The notes under the pieces are model-generated. The model was given only the letters and a program-made list of their open reading frames with translations. It ran no database searches and had not been told where the DNA came from. Positions 28,134 through 39,066 of a stretch of DNA of 64,000 bases are shown piece by piece. Position 1 is the first letter of the stretch. Every line of letters starts with the position of its first letter. Source of the stretch: an uncultured bacterium (GTDB lineage: Bacteria; Acidobacteriota; Thermoanaerobaculia; Multivoradales; JAHZIX01); NCBI GenBank assembly GCA_965368975.1, contig CBDUPA010000009.1, positions 160,001-224,000 on the forward strand. Direction: 5' to 3'. A program made the position numbers and the translations under genes.

Positions 28134-29400
28134 CCTGATCCGCGCGCGGCTCTACCAAGGCGTCATCAAGCCGAGCTACGTCAAGGAAGACGAGGATCTC
28201 CTGCGTCTGGCCGAGACGCTGATCGACATCTTCCAGCGGCATGTCGGCCGAGCGCGCCACGAGCTGGATGCGGAGCTCAAAGAGCAGATCGGCTCGGGTA
28301 CCGAGTTTCTGCTCCATCGCGGGCTGGCCAAGTTGCTCTACGACCGCTGCGAGCTGGACACCCACGCCAGTGTCGAGCCGGACGTGCTGCGCCAGGTTGC
28401 GTTCGAGACAGCCGCGCGCGCCTGGCGAGCGCCGCTGCCAGCCGCGGTAGGAGACGCCGCGGACTCCCTGCCCAGCCGCGCCTTCCACTTCGACCGCGCG
28501 GCGGTGATCGACGAAGTGGTGCGGTCTCACGAGTTCGACGACGACGACGAGGACGGACCGGTCCGGTTGGATGCCGGGCGCTTCGAGCACAACCTCTACG
28601 CCGACCTCAAGGACCAGCAGGTCTTGCAGCGCGTCGAACCATGTTCGCCGGAATGGCTCCTGCGGCGCTACAACACGGCGCTCGCACAGGCGGTGCTGCT
28701 GCGCGCGGTCGAACTCGAAATCGACATTCGCGGCCAGGAACCACAGCAATACCGGGCGCTGTGGCGCAAGATCAAGTTCTTCCAGCTACTCTACCGTGTC
28801 AAGGGTGATGCCGACTCCGGCTACCAGCTGCGCCTCGACGGGCCGCTCTCGCTCTTCCAATCGAGCCAGCGCTACGGGCTCCAGATGGCGTCGTTCCTGC
28901 CGACGTTGTTGCACTTCCGCGGCTGGACGTTGGAGGCCAGCGTGCGCTGGGGCAAGCGACGGCGGGCGACCTTCCAGCTCGATGATCGCAGCGGCCTGAC
29001 GCCGCACACCCGGCTCACCGGCCAGTGGCAACCAGAGGAGCTGCGGGCGTTCCCGGGGCAGTTCCGCAAGCTCGAGTCAGATTGGCGGGTGTCGGAGGAC
29101 GGTGAGTTGATCGACCTGGGTGGGGAAGGAGTGCTGGTGCCGGACTTCGTGTTCGAGCATCCGCTCACGGGCACGCGCGTCGCCTTCGAGCTCTTCGGCT
29201 TCTGGAACCGCGGCGCCGTCAAGGGGCGGCTACGACAGCTGCGCAAACATGGTCCCGAGAATCTCCTGCTCGGGCTGTCGAAGGCGCTGGCGGCCGGCGA
29301 GGAGGTCGAAGAACTGGAAGCGATGGGGACGGAGGTCTATGTCTTCCGCTCCACCCCCATCGCGCGCCGAGTTCTCAAGCGTTTGCGAGCCTTTCTCTAG
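28120..29400 (+). CDS. DUF790 / Bax1-like endonuclease
   Basis: MLTSDL start, LYADL, RYN-x-ALAQA, LDGPLSLF...RYG, nuclease motif VPDFVF...FELFGFW; overlaps the helicase stop. Confidence 0.85.
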   Translation: MLTSDLIRARLYQGVIKPSYVKEDEDLLRLAETLIDIFQRHVGRARHELDAELKEQIGSGTEFLLHRGLAKLLYDRCELDTHASVEPDVLRQVAFETAARAWRAPLPAAVGDAADSLPSRAFHFDRAAVIDEVVRSHEFDDDDEDGPVRLDAGRFEHNLYADLKDQQVLQRVEPCSPEWLLRRYNTALAQAVLLRAVELEIDIRGQEPQQYRALWRKIKFFQLLYRVKGDADSGYQLRLDGPLSLFQSSQRYGLQMASFLPTLLHFRGWTLEASVRWGKRRRATFQLDDRSGLTPHTRLTGQWQPEELRAFPGQFRKLESDWRVSEDGELIDLGGEGVLVPDFVFEHPLTGTRVAFELFGFWNRGAVKGRLRQLRKHGPENLLLGLSKALAAGEEVEELEAMGTEVYVFRSTPIARRVLKRLRAFL

Positions 29401-29426
29401 GCATGGCTCTAGGCCCGGCTCTAATC
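29395..29426. repeat. Tandem 12-nt repeat x3 (CTCTAGGCxxGG) joining two convergent stop codons
   Basis: CTCTAGGCATGG / CTCTAGGCCCGG / CTCTAATC. Confidence 0.8.
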
Positions 29427-30275
29427 GTCCGCGTAGGTGATCTCCAGCATCCGAATGCGGCGCAAGGACAGCCAGGCCGCCAGGGCGATCATCACGAGCA
29501 GACCCGGCACGGCCAGCCACGCCGGGGTTGGCTTGACCAGAATCTCGAACATCTGGCCTCCGGTGCGCACCGGCACCAGGGACATCAGGTAGTGGATGAT
29601 GCTGATCTTCTTCAGTGCGACCGGCAACAGCGGGTTGATGAGCTCCCACACGGCGAGCGCCACTGGCGGCCAGACGGGGTTGCGGAAGTAAAGCCCGAAG
29701 AGCATGAAGAGCGCTCCGTAGCCGGCACAACCCAGCACTGTGACACCGAGATACGCCAGGTAGTGCCCGACCACGGTGCTCGCTTCAGGGGTTCCCGGTA
29801 GGCCGGCCATCACCAGCCCGTAGGTGCACGTCATCGACAGGCCGAGGACGACCACGGAGCTGGCCAGGCCGGCCAGGAACTTGGACGAGACCAGGATCTC
29901 GCGCCGCACCGGGCACAGGAAGTAATAGTGCAGACTGCGGTCCATCAGGTCGCCACGGAACAGCTGCATGAAGAGAAACAGGCAGCTGAGGAAGATGGCG
30001 GTGATGAAGTAGGAGCTGAAGAGAACACCGAAGAACATCGTCGGGTTACCCCGATCCCCGGAGGTGATGTTGAGCACCACCAACATGGCGATCAGCAAGC
30101 CGACCGGCAGGAGCGCCAGGATGTACATCGGCAGAGCTCGCAAGCTGAGAATGTTCTTGCGGATCTCTAGCCGCAGGATGCCGAGAACCTGATTGCGGTA
30201 GAGCTGCCGGGGCTCGCTCGGCAGCTCGTGCGCCGGCTCGAGGGAGGTCAAGGAAGGTGCAGTCGTCGTGGTCAT
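29421..30275 (-). CDS. ABC-2-type exporter permease
   Basis: About 6 TM helices; DRSLHYYFLCPVRREILVSSKF signature. Confidence 0.85.
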   Translation of the reverse strand: MTTTTAPSLTSLEPAHELPSEPRQLYRNQVLGILRLEIRKNILSLRALPMYILALLPVGLLIAMLVVLNITSGDRGNPTMFFGVLFSSYFITAIFLSCLFLFMQLFRGDLMDRSLHYYFLCPVRREILVSSKFLAGLASSVVVLGLSMTCTYGLVMAGLPGTPEASTVVGHYLAYLGVTVLGCAGYGALFMLFGLYFRNPVWPPVALAVWELINPLLPVALKKISIIHYLMSLVPVRTGGQMFEILVKPTPAWLAVPGLLVMIALAAWLSLRRIRMLEITYADD

Positions 30276-30279
30276 GGCT

Positions 30280-31365
30280 TCAGACCTCCGGCTCGGGCTG
30301 GATCAGCTCATCGCCGCTGATCAGATAACGGTACACCGCCTGCACATCATCGTCCGCGGGTGCGACGGTCTCGACGTGGAGTTCCATGTCGGTCACCAGT
30401 TGATTGAAATCTAGGAAGAAGCGGTCGGCGTCGCGCGTCTGCACCAACAGGCCTCGACGATCCTCGTGCAGCTCTACCGACACCGTCGCCGGCAGTGCAA
30501 ACAGCCTTGCTGCCAGCGTCGGCGCCTGGTCGCAGCGCAGCAGCACCTGCATCGGGTGCTCCTTCATCTCGTCGCGGACACCGTGGATGTTGCCCTCGGC
30601 GACCACGTAGCCACTGTTGAGCAGCACCACACGGTCGGAGATCATGTCGACTTCGTGCAAGATGTGGCTCGAGATGATCAGGTGCCGCCCCTCGTCACGC
30701 AGCTCTTTGAACAGCGCGATGATCTCGGCACGCGCCATCGGATCGAGTCCGTTGAGCGGCTCATCGAGCACCAGCACGTTCGGCTCGTGGCACATCGCTT
30801 GCGCCAGCTTGATGCGCTGACGCATGCCCTTGCTGAAGCCAGCCACCTTGCGGTGCGCCGCCTCGGCGAGGTTGACGCGCTCGATGGAGCGCCAGGCCAG
30901 ACCGTCGGCCACCGCATGGTCGTAGCCGTGGACACGCAGATAGGCGTAGAGGAAGCCGTGGCCAGTGAGATCCGGGAAGGAGTCGTACTGACTACAGAAA
31001 CCGACGCGCCGAAACATGTCTTGCGGCTCCGTGGGGTCAGTACTCAGAACCGTCACGGTTCCTTGTGTCGGCCGCAGCAAGCCGGTCATCAGGTTCATCA
31101 GCGTGCTCTTGCCAGACCCATTGGGCCCGACCAGAGAGATGATCCCGGGTTCGAGCGTCAGGCTGACGCGATTGACCCCCAAAACCTCGCCGTAGAAACG
31201 GGAGACATCCTCGAAGACGATGCAACAGGACGGGTCGACTCCCGGAGCCGGGTCTTGGCTCGCGTTCGACTCGACGACGATGCGGTCAGCACCGACCTGC
31301 TCGGCGGGAAGCTCGGCAAGCGGCTGTGCCGGTTGCGCGGGATGTTGTTGGTTCTGCGGGTCCAT
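30280..31365 (-). CDS. ABC transporter ATP-binding protein
   Basis: GPNGSGKST, FSKGMRQR, LVLDEP, SSH. Start at ATG 31365 overlaps the upstream permease stop. Confidence 0.92.
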   Translation of the reverse strand: MDPQNQQHPAQPAQPLAELPAEQVGADRIVVESNASQDPAPGVDPSCCIVFEDVSRFYGEVLGVNRVSLTLEPGIISLVGPNGSGKSTLMNLMTGLLRPTQGTVTVLSTDPTEPQDMFRRVGFCSQYDSFPDLTGHGFLYAYLRVHGYDHAVADGLAWRSIERVNLAEAAHRKVAGFSKGMRQRIKLAQAMCHEPNVLVLDEPLNGLDPMARAEIIALFKELRDEGRHLIISSHILHEVDMISDRVVLLNSGYVVAEGNIHGVRDEMKEHPMQVLLRCDQAPTLAARLFALPATVSVELHEDRRGLLVQTRDADRFFLDFNQLVTDMELHVETVAPADDDVQAVYRYLISGDELIQPEPEV

Positions 31366-32243
31366 CACACCACCTCGTAGGCCCGCACTTTGCGGGAAAG
31401 TAGGAAGACGCAGAAAGCGCACACCAGAACGATCATGAACAGCGCCGCGCCAAGCGGCACGCTCTGCGCATCCACGGGTTGCCGGAAGAGGGCGGCCCAC
31501 AGGCGCTCGTTGATCGCGAACAAGTCGACCAGGCTGCCCCACTCGCGTCCTCCCGACGGAATGAACAGGGCGTTGACCAGCGCACCGATGGCGGCGGAGC
31601 CGAAGAAGACGCCGAACATCGACAGCCGGGCAATCGCCTTCCACTTCACCCACACCGACATCGCCAGACCGATCAGGCCGAGCTGCAGGATCCACAGCAC
31701 CGTCGACCCCAGGATGGCCGGGATCAGCCACAGGTGCTCGCTCGCCCAGCCGCCGGAGTGCATGACCGCCTGCAGCTCCCACAGGCTCAGCAGCGGCATC
31801 CAGGTGATGGCGGACAGCAGCAAGCCAGCAACGCAGAGCTTGGCCGCCACGTATTCGCCGCGGGTGAATGGCCGACTGAGGTAGAGCGGCAGAGCATTGT
31901 TGCGCAGGTCCGGGGCCACCAACGAGGGTCCCAGGAAGATGGCCATGAAGAAGGCGAAGACCATCTGCACGTTGCTGAAGTTGTAGAAGAAGCTCGGGCC
32001 TGCCGTCAGGACGTCGGCCACATCCCCCAGCGCCTCCATCAGCTGCAGCACCGTCGCATTGTTGCTGACGTAGATGCCCGTCGAGGCGACCAAGATCGGC
32101 AACAGCGACACGATCATGAAGATCAGGAAGCCGCGGGACTTCAGGATCGACTCCAAGTTGTAGCGGGGGATCACCAGGAAGCGCCGCAGGTTGCTGGTGA
32201 GCTCACCGCTATAGCGCTGATAGGAATGCTCATAGACCGCCAT
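31365..32243 (-). CDS. ABC-2-type exporter permease
   Basis: TM helices; [24 protein letters not shown] signature. Confidence 0.85.
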   Translation of the reverse strand: MAVYEHSYQRYSGELTSNLRRFLVIPRYNLESILKSRGFLIFMIVSLLPILVASTGIYVSNNATVLQLMEALGDVADVLTAGPSFFYNFSNVQMVFAFFMAIFLGPSLVAPDLRNNALPLYLSRPFTRGEYVAAKLCVAGLLLSAITWMPLLSLWELQAVMHSGGWASEHLWLIPAILGSTVLWILQLGLIGLAMSVWVKWKAIARLSMFGVFFGSAAIGALVNALFIPSGGREWGSLVDLFAINERLWAALFRQPVDAQSVPLGAALFMIVLVCAFCVFLLSRKVRAYEVV

Positions 32244-33240
32244 GGTTCACCTCCTCCTGGGCACTACCCGCCGAACTGTTGCCTTCCATCGCTTTGAGGA
32301 AGATGTCTTCCAGCGAGTCGCGCTTCGCGCTCATGCGGCGCAGCTGTACTTGCTGTTCGCTGGCGATGCGGTAGAGGTCGGCGACACTGACGTCGTCCTG
32401 TAGGACCATCTTGAAGCGCCGCCGGCTGTGCACCGCGCACTCGATCCCCAACTTCTGTACCGCTTCCAGGAATGGCTTGTCGTCGCCGCGGATCTCGACG
32501 TCGAGGAAGGCTCGGTTGGTCCGCCTTTCGTGTTCCAGGTTGCAGTACGCCGCGATCTCACCGTCCTTGAGAATCAGTACCTCGTCACAGCACTCTTCGA
32601 CGTCGCGCAGCAAGTGCGACGAGAAAATGATGTGCGTGTCGCCGCTGTCGCGGATCTCGCGGATCAGCTTGAGCATGCGCGCCCGGTGTGGTGGATCGAG
32701 ACCATTGGTCGGCTCGTCCAGGAACAGCAGGCGCGGACCGTGGACGATCGCTTGGGCCAGCTTGACCAGCTGCTTCATGCCCAGCGAGTAGCCTTGCAGC
32801 TTGCGGTAGCGGGCCTCGCCAAGTCCGACGTAGAACATCGCTTCGTGTGCACGCTCCAGCGCCGCTCCGGGCGGTAGGCCACTGAGTTCGGCCATCAAGC
32901 GCACGAAGTGGACGCCGGTCAACTCAGCGATGAACGCGTCACGCTCGGGCATGTAGCCCAGCTGGGCCCGCACGGCCTTGATTTCACGCTCGACATCGTG
33001 GCCGAAGATGCGGCCGGAGCCGGCGGCCGGCGGATAGAAGCCGAGCAGAGTATGGAGTAGCGTCGTCTTGCCAGCACCGTTGGGGCCGAGCAGGCCGATG
33101 GCGCGGCCCGAAAAGGTGCCCGTGAGGCCGCGCAGCACTTCGTGACTGCCGAAGCGCACGCGTAGCTGGTCGAGCTCGATGACGGCCCGGCGGTCCGCCG
33201 CCGCGGCGGCAGGAACGTGGGTTGCGGGGATTGCGGTCAT
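32230..33240 (-). CDS. ABC transporter ATP-binding protein
   Basis: [25 protein letters not shown]. Confidence 0.92.
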   Translation of the reverse strand: MTAIPATHVPAAAAADRRAVIELDQLRVRFGSHEVLRGLTGTFSGRAIGLLGPNGAGKTTLLHTLLGFYPPAAGSGRIFGHDVEREIKAVRAQLGYMPERDAFIAELTGVHFVRLMAELSGLPPGAALERAHEAMFYVGLGEARYRKLQGYSLGMKQLVKLAQAIVHGPRLLFLDEPTNGLDPPHRARMLKLIREIRDSGDTHIIFSSHLLRDVEECCDEVLILKDGEIAAYCNLEHERRTNRAFLDVEIRGDDKPFLEAVQKLGIECAVHSRRRFKMVLQDDVSVADLYRIASEQQVQLRRMSAKRDSLEDIFLKAMEGNSSAGSAQEEVNHGGL

Positions 33241-33345
33241 AGGGGGACTCCGAAAAACGCGATACGCCCCGGAACACGGCTCTACTACAGGTCTGTACTA
33301 CAGAGCGCGCTCCGGGGCGCCGCGGGGTTCAGGACACTCTGAACG

Positions 33346-36078
33346 TCAGGTCGACGAGGCCGGCACCATCGGTGCCGGAGGTTCGAAAGACTCGAACCCT
33401 TGGTCCATCGCTCGCCCGATGTCCAGCAGTTCCTCGAGTTTCTGTGTACTCGAGAGGCCGATGAGGGCGCCGAACAGATCGGCGTCGCTCGTGGCCACGA
33501 AGGTAATGCGGTCCTGCTCTCCGTAGACGCAGGCCAGGTTGGCGGGAATCTCGTTCGCCAGATCGCTGAAGCGCTGCTGTTGCTCGGGCGTCAACTGCTC
33601 CGAACCCAGCCTGGACATCAGGCTGCCCACCAGGTCTCCCAAGCGGTTGTAGGCCAGGGCGGAGAAGTTGGCGTGGCCGTCGGACGGCAGCAGAGCCTGC
33701 AGATCCTTGGACGTGAGGAAGGTATTGCCGGCGTCTCGATCCCGGATGGCGTCCGCGAGCAGAGCCGGGCTGGGACCCATCAGCATGTAACCGTCGACGA
33801 ACACGTAATGCACGGCGAAGCCGGCGAGGCCCAGGCGATAGGCCGGACGTCCGGCAACCTCACCAGGCACCAGCTCCAGGCTCCAGCCTTCGACCTGATC
33901 ACTGATCTGATCGACCAGCCAGGTGATGGTGTTCTGCAGGCGGGCCGCGTCGTAGACCTCGGCCACCAGCTTCCAGCTCGGCGTCGGCACCAGGGGGCCA
34001 TCGAGCGCGAAGGCGAACTCACCTCCGAGCGGTGCGGCAAAGTCCTCGATCACGCTGATGCCGTGCTCGTTCTCGAACTTCTGCAGCTCTAGTGTGAACT
34101 CCTCACCGGCGATCTGTTCGAGCATCGTGATCAGCTCGCGCGCCATCACCTCCGGGTCCTTGACCAGCGAGGCGTTGACCATGCGGGCGTCCGGTGAGAT
34201 GAAGTCGAGAGACGCCATCGGTGCCGGCGCAGCCAGCCAGGCCGCGACGCCGCGGCGCGGACCGTTGAAGCTGAGGTCGGCGCGGTAGTGGCTCAAGCCC
34301 TCGTCGTCGCGGTCGCGCTCGAGCAGCAAGTAGCGCGCATCCAGCAGACCGGTGACGTGCAGAGCTGTCGCGTCTTCGCCCGCTTCCCGCGCCACGTTCT
34401 CCAGGATGAGCCCCATGTCGACACCCAGCAGCCAGTCGACGCCGTCGGCGTAGTTCGCCTGCAGGCGCTCGTAGAAGGCGCTGCCGGCGAAGGAGAAGGT
34501 GGTCCCCCCACGCACCTGCGCCAGCTGCTGCAGGCTGCTACCCATCGGCGAAGCGGCCAGCACGCCGTCGGACACCCAGATGTAGAGACCGTCGGCCTCC
34601 TCGTTGGCCGGGATCTGCGCCGGATCGTCGATCAGCCACAGGTGCTGCTCGCCCTGCGCTTGTAGATCGTCGAGCTGAGCTTCGAGGAAGGCCCGCAGGC
34701 CAGCTTCGTCCTGCGTCGTCGCCAGGATCAGCACGTCGACATCGCCGTCCTGCGGGTCGAGTCCCTGATCTCCACCGCCGAAGCCTGGACGCAAGGCCAC
34801 GCTGAGCACGAATTCCTCACCCAGGTACTCGCCGAAGGCAGAGAGGTTGTCCAGCGCCTCGGTGACCTCGGGGTCGGACAGCTCGGGACCCAACTTCTCC
34901 TGCCACCACTGACGAAGCACGGGGCTGGCGTCCAGCCGTTCCTCAATCACGCGGCGAACGTCCGCCATCGTGGAACTGAGGTTTGGGCCTGCGGCGTAGA
35001 CCGTGGTGTTGGGCAGCGCGAGGTCAATCAGCTCGCTCTGATAACGCAGGCTGGAAGAGCCGACGACTTCGGCAATGTCCTTACGCAGGATATTCAACTC
35101 TTCCATGACGTCCAGGTACTCGTCGACGTTGCGGCTCCAGGCGATCTCCTCGTGGACCGGCACCGCGCCGAGGCTGGCGTGCGTGGACACCTGCTCACCC
35201 GGTTGCAGCAGCGCTTCCTGGCGGCCGTAGTCGACCTGTACCGCACCTTCGACGACCGCCACGCGCGATCCCTTGGTGCCGTGGTTGACACTGAAAATCG
35301 TTCCCTTGACCGCGACTTCGCAGTCGTCCGTGCGCACGAACAGGTTGCCGCTGCCCTGGTCCGCGGCCTCGACGATGATCTGACCGCGTGCCAGGTGAAT
35401 GGTGGTTCCCCGCAGTCGACGTTCGACCCGCAGCTCGGCGCGGTCACTCATTTCGACTTGTGAGCCGTCCGCCAGGCGCAACACGGCGCCGGCGTCGCGG
35501 CCGGTGCGCACCGTGTCGCCGTAGGCGACGTCCTGTCCACTCTCGAGTGGCAGGTAGCCTTCGGCCGCAACCTGGAACAGGTTGCCGTCGGCCGTCTCGA
35601 TGCCAGCGCTCTGGCCCCAGGACAGCGGCACCACCTGGAGCGCCATCCACAGCGCCACGCCGGCACCCAGCACCAGCGCTGCCGCCATCGCCCAGCGCAC
35701 CATCGGCGCCGGTCCGCGGCGGACCTGCCGTGCCTCCTGCAGCGCCGCCGCGCGCTCGTCTCGGCCTTCGCGGGCTGCCTTGAGCGCCTTGCGACAGGGG
35801 ATACAGCTGCGGCAGTGGTCCTCGACCAACAGCCGGCGAGCCGGGCTCAGCGAGCCGGCCAGCAAGGCTGGAATCTCGGCTTGAAAGTCCTTGCACGAGC
35901 GCAGCATCGGTTCCGCCGTGCCCGTCGTTTCCAGGGCGTCGGCAGCCGCCGCCAGACCCAGTTGCGCCCGCACCCGCCCGGCGGCTGCGTGGACCGCGGC
36001 CTCCGGCAGGGTCTCGGCACGCAGCTGCTCGACGGCTTCGTCGAGGCGCGCGTCCAGTTGCTTTTCGTTGGGGTTCAT
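33346..36078 (-). CDS. Large anti-sigma factor: zf-HC2 zinc finger + TM + FecR domain + DUF3352-like periplasmic domain
   Basis: C...H-x3-C-x2-C (SCKDFQ...[10 protein letters not shown]), TM helix, FecR motifs [27 protein letters not shown]; ATGA overlap with the sigma factor. Confidence 0.85.
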   Translation of the reverse strand: MNPNEKQLDARLDEAVEQLRAETLPEAAVHAAAGRVRAQLGLAAAADALETTGTAEPMLRSCKDFQAEIPALLAGSLSPARRLLVEDHCRSCIPCRKALKAAREGRDERAAALQEARQVRRGPAPMVRWAMAAALVLGAGVALWMALQVVPLSWGQSAGIETADGNLFQVAAEGYLPLESGQDVAYGDTVRTGRDAGAVLRLADGSQVEMSDRAELRVERRLRGTTIHLARGQIIVEAADQGSGNLFVRTDDCEVAVKGTIFSVNHGTKGSRVAVVEGAVQVDYGRQEALLQPGEQVSTHASLGAVPVHEEIAWSRNVDEYLDVMEELNILRKDIAEVVGSSSLRYQSELIDLALPNTTVYAAGPNLSSTMADVRRVIEERLDASPVLRQWWQEKLGPELSDPEVTEALDNLSAFGEYLGEEFVLSVALRPGFGGGDQGLDPQDGDVDVLILATTQDEAGLRAFLEAQLDDLQAQGEQHLWLIDDPAQIPANEEADGLYIWVSDGVLAASPMGSSLQQLAQVRGGTTFSFAGSAFYERLQANYADGVDWLLGVDMGLILENVAREAGEDATALHVTGLLDARYLLLERDRDDEGLSHYRADLSFNGPRRGVAAWLAAPAPMASLDFISPDARMVNASLVKDPEVMARELITMLEQIAGEEFTLELQKFENEHGISVIEDFAAPLGGEFAFALDGPLVPTPSWKLVAEVYDAARLQNTITWLVDQISDQVEGWSLELVPGEVAGRPAYRLGLAGFAVHYVFVDGYMLMGPSPALLADAIRDRDAGNTFLTSKDLQALLPSDGHANFSALAYNRLGDLVGSLMSRLGSEQLTPEQQQRFSDLANEIPANLACVYGEQDRITFVATSDADLFGALIGLSSTQKLEELLDIGRAMDQGFESFEPPAPMVPASST

Positions 36079-36680
36079 GACCTCTCTCCTACGTAGGTAG
36101 CAAGCTCCTTGCGAAGCTGACTGCGGGTTCTGTGCAATGTCACGCCGATCGCGGTCTGGGAGGTGCCGAGCAGGGCAGCGATCTCCTTGTTGGAGAAGCC
36201 CTCGATGTAGCGCAGAGTGAAGACCTCCGCGGCTCGTTCGCTGACGTTGGCCAGGCCGTGGCGCAGCTGCTCGCGGATCTCTCCACGACCTTGGCGCTGA
36301 TCCGGTCCCGGGCTAGGGTCTTTGCTGGTGTCCTCGACCCGACCTTCTAGCGGAACCACACGGGCCCGCTTGCGGCGGCGTAACAAATCCAGCGCCGCAT
36401 TGACGGCGGCGCGGTAAAGATAAGGACCGAGCGTCTCCGGCGGACCCGGCGGATCTTGCCGGCGCAGCAGGCGCAGGAAGATCGTCTGCAGCACGTCCTC
36501 CGCATCACTCTGACTGCCGGTAACGCGGTAGGCGGCGTGCAGGACACGCTCGTGGTGCTCGTCGAAGATTCGCTCCATTACTGGGCTGTCCACTCTCGGA
36601 TCCTCCAAGTTGGGGATGGCCGGTGTTCTGGCTTCCGGTATGGGCGATGAGCTCGGTTGATAGCTGGCGGCGGCGTGCAA
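36075..36680 (-). CDS. ECF RNA polymerase sigma factor
   Basis: DAEDVLQTIFL (region 2), YLYRAAVNAALD, EGFSNKEIAALLG (region 4); GGAGG RBS before TTG. Confidence 0.92.
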   Translation of the reverse strand: MHAAASYQPSSSPIPEARTPAIPNLEDPRVDSPVMERIFDEHHERVLHAAYRVTGSQSDAEDVLQTIFLRLLRRQDPPGPPETLGPYLYRAAVNAALDLLRRRKRARVVPLEGRVEDTSKDPSPGPDQRQGRGEIREQLRHGLANVSERAAEVFTLRYIEGFSNKEIAALLGTSQTAIGVTLHRTRSQLRKELATYVGERS

Positions 36681-36946
36681 GGCGTCCTCCTTCCAATGTC
36701 CTCACTCCTTACAACGCCCTACCCGGAGAAGTATTAACAAGCCGCTCGATTCGACTGACCGCCGGAATGGAACTGCTGTCGGCACCGGCTGTTGATAAGC
36801 TAGGTTTGGCTCTAGCTTCGTTGCGGTCCCCGCAGCCGTCGACCCGGAACAGTTGAGACTCCGCGTATACCTGACTCGTTCGTCCGCCGTCGATTGTACC
36901 CCTGCCGGGGCCGATCTACCGCTTCCTTCATTCTCGGGAGAAACAG

Positions 36947-37696
36947 ATGGCAGAGAAGAAAAGCTCGAAGGGTTGTCTCTACGTGGCGCTGGGTTGCTTC
37001 GGCCTCGTCGTCCTGGTTGGTATTGGCATCGCGGCCCTTGTTTGGTGGGGCGCGCAGAAGGCCGCAGAGATTGAGGAGCAGATCAAAGATCCTGTGGCCC
37101 GCGAGGCCAAGGTGAAAGAGATGCTCGGCACTCAAACGCTGCCGGAAGGGTATTACGCCGGCTTCGCCATGCGCATTCCCTTCGCTATGGACATGGTGAT
37201 CCTGTCCGACAAGCCACCCCAGGTGGACGCGAACGGCGAACTCGAGCAAGGCGCTGAACCCGACTTCGACAACCAGGCCTTCATGTACTTCCGCATGTTG
37301 CAGGTCGTCAGTTTCTTCAGCAACGAAGAAGACACCCAGAAGTTGCGTGACTTCTTCCAAGGTACAACCACGGATCCCCGGGCCCTGCGCGACAACGGCA
37401 TCAACGTCGACATGGAGCTGGGCGCCCAGATCGCAACGGGGAATGTGCTGCTCGAGAACCAGCGCGTGCTCTACAACGCCTTCCGCGGCAGACTGGACGA
37501 CCACAATACCGAGAAGCCCGGCCTGGTGACGCTGATGATGATCGAGTGCGACGGCGAAAAAAGCACGCGCATGGCGTTCTGGACCACGGCCGATCCCTAC
37601 GCGGATGTGCCGTTGGAGGAGGCCGACTACAGCGGCACCGCGGCCAGTGACAGCGGCGTGCAGAACTTCATGGGCCATTTCCGGCTCTGCCAGTAA
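36947..37696 (+). CDS. Hypothetical single-TM exported protein
   Basis: KKSSKGCLYVALGC plus hydrophobic helix; GGAG RBS; biased codon usage. Confidence 0.78.
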   Translation: MAEKKSSKGCLYVALGCFGLVVLVGIGIAALVWWGAQKAAEIEEQIKDPVAREAKVKEMLGTQTLPEGYYAGFAMRIPFAMDMVILSDKPPQVDANGELEQGAEPDFDNQAFMYFRMLQVVSFFSNEEDTQKLRDFFQGTTTDPRALRDNGINVDMELGAQIATGNVLLENQRVLYNAFRGRLDDHNTEKPGLVTLMMIECDGEKSTRMAFWTTADPYADVPLEEADYSGTAASDSGVQNFMGHFRLCQ

Positions 37697-37743
37697 CCAG
37701 CAAACCCAATCGCCAGCAAACCCAGTCGCCAGCAAACCAGTAG
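37697..37743. repeat. Tandem 16-nt repeat x3 (CCAGCAAACCCARTCG) between the hypothetical gene and argG
   Basis: CCAGCAAACCCAATCG / CCAGCAAACCCAGTCG / CCAGCAAACCAGTAG. Confidence 0.9.
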
Positions 37744-37758
37744 CCGGGAGCCATCATC

Positions 37759-39066
37759 ATGGGCAAGAAAGTCGTGCTCGCCTATAGCGGCGGGCTAGAT
37801 ACCGCGTGCATTCTCAAGTGGCTGCAGCTCCAGGGCCATGACGTCGTGGCTTACTGCGCGGACGTCGGGCAGGTGGACGATTTCGCGGCGCTCGCTGAGC
37901 GCGCACGCGCCGCCGGTGCCGTCGACGTCTTCGTCGAAGACCTGCGGCGCGAGTTCATCACCGACTACGTCTTTCCGGCGGTCGCCGGTAACGCGGTGTA
38001 CGAGAACCGCTATCTCCTAGGCACCGCGCTGGCACGTCCGCCGATCGCCCGCCGGCAGGTAGAAATCGCCCGCCGCACGGGAGCGCATGCCGTCGCCCAC
38101 GGAGCCACCGGCAAGGGTAACGACCAAGTGCGCTTCGAGCTGGCATTCGCCGCCTTGGCACCACGCATGGAGGTCATTTCACCCTGGAAGGACCGCGACT
38201 TCCTGCAGCGATTCCAGGGGCGCCCCGACCTGCTCCGCTTCGTGGCGGAGCACGGTATCGAGGTCGAGGCGAGCGTCGAGAAGCCGTACAGCACAGACGA
38301 GAACCTAATGCACCGCAGCTACGAGGCCGGTATTTTGGAAGATCCGGCGACGGCGCCGTCCGAGGACATCTTCAAGCTCACCCGCTCGCCCAAGCTGGCG
38401 CCGGACGAGCCGGCGCGCATCGCCATACGCTTCGAGAACGCGATACCTCAGAGCGTTACCCACCTCGAAGGCACCTATCTGGAGCCGGGAACGACCCTGG
38501 AAGACCCCCTCGAGCTCTTCCTCGATCTCAACCGCCTGGCCGGGCTGCACGGTATCGGTCGCATCGACCTGGTCGAGAACCGCTTCGTGGGTATCAAGTC
38601 GCGCGGCGTCTACGAGACCCCGGGCGGGACCGTGCTGCACCACGCCCTGCGCGACCTCGAAGGTATCGCCATGGACCGCGAAGTGCTGCGCTTGCGGGAC
38701 AGTCTGTCGCCCAAGTTTGCCCAGTTGATCTACAACGGCTTCTGGTTCAGCCCGGAGATGGACTTCATCCGAGCCGCCTTCGCCCAGGCACATGCCTTGG
38801 TCGACGGCGAGGTCCACTTGGAGCTCTACAAAGGCAATCTGACCGTACTCGGGCGCGAGTCGCCGAGTTCGCTCTACGACCAGGCACTCGCCTCCATGGA
38901 CGTCGAAGGCGGCTACGACCAGACCGACGCGCTCGGCTTCATCCGCATCAACGCCCTGCGCCTGCGAGCACACCGGGTCATCCTGCGCGGCGCAGCAAAC
39001 AGTCCGTCGACCAGCGACCCATCGACAGGTGACCTGCCAGCACCCCGCCAGAAAGACCCGGCATGA
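37759..39066 (+). CDS. argG: Argininosuccinate synthase
   Basis: [40 protein letters not shown]. Confidence 0.97.
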   Translation: MGKKVVLAYSGGLDTACILKWLQLQGHDVVAYCADVGQVDDFAALAERARAAGAVDVFVEDLRREFITDYVFPAVAGNAVYENRYLLGTALARPPIARRQVEIARRTGAHAVAHGATGKGNDQVRFELAFAALAPRMEVISPWKDRDFLQRFQGRPDLLRFVAEHGIEVEASVEKPYSTDENLMHRSYEAGILEDPATAPSEDIFKLTRSPKLAPDEPARIAIRFENAIPQSVTHLEGTYLEPGTTLEDPLELFLDLNRLAGLHGIGRIDLVENRFVGIKSRGVYETPGGTVLHHALRDLEGIAMDREVLRLRDSLSPKFAQLIYNGFWFSPEMDFIRAAFAQAHALVDGEVHLELYKGNLTVLGRESPSSLYDQALASMDVEGGYDQTDALGFIRINALRLRAHRVILRGAANSPSTSDPSTGDLPAPRQKDPA

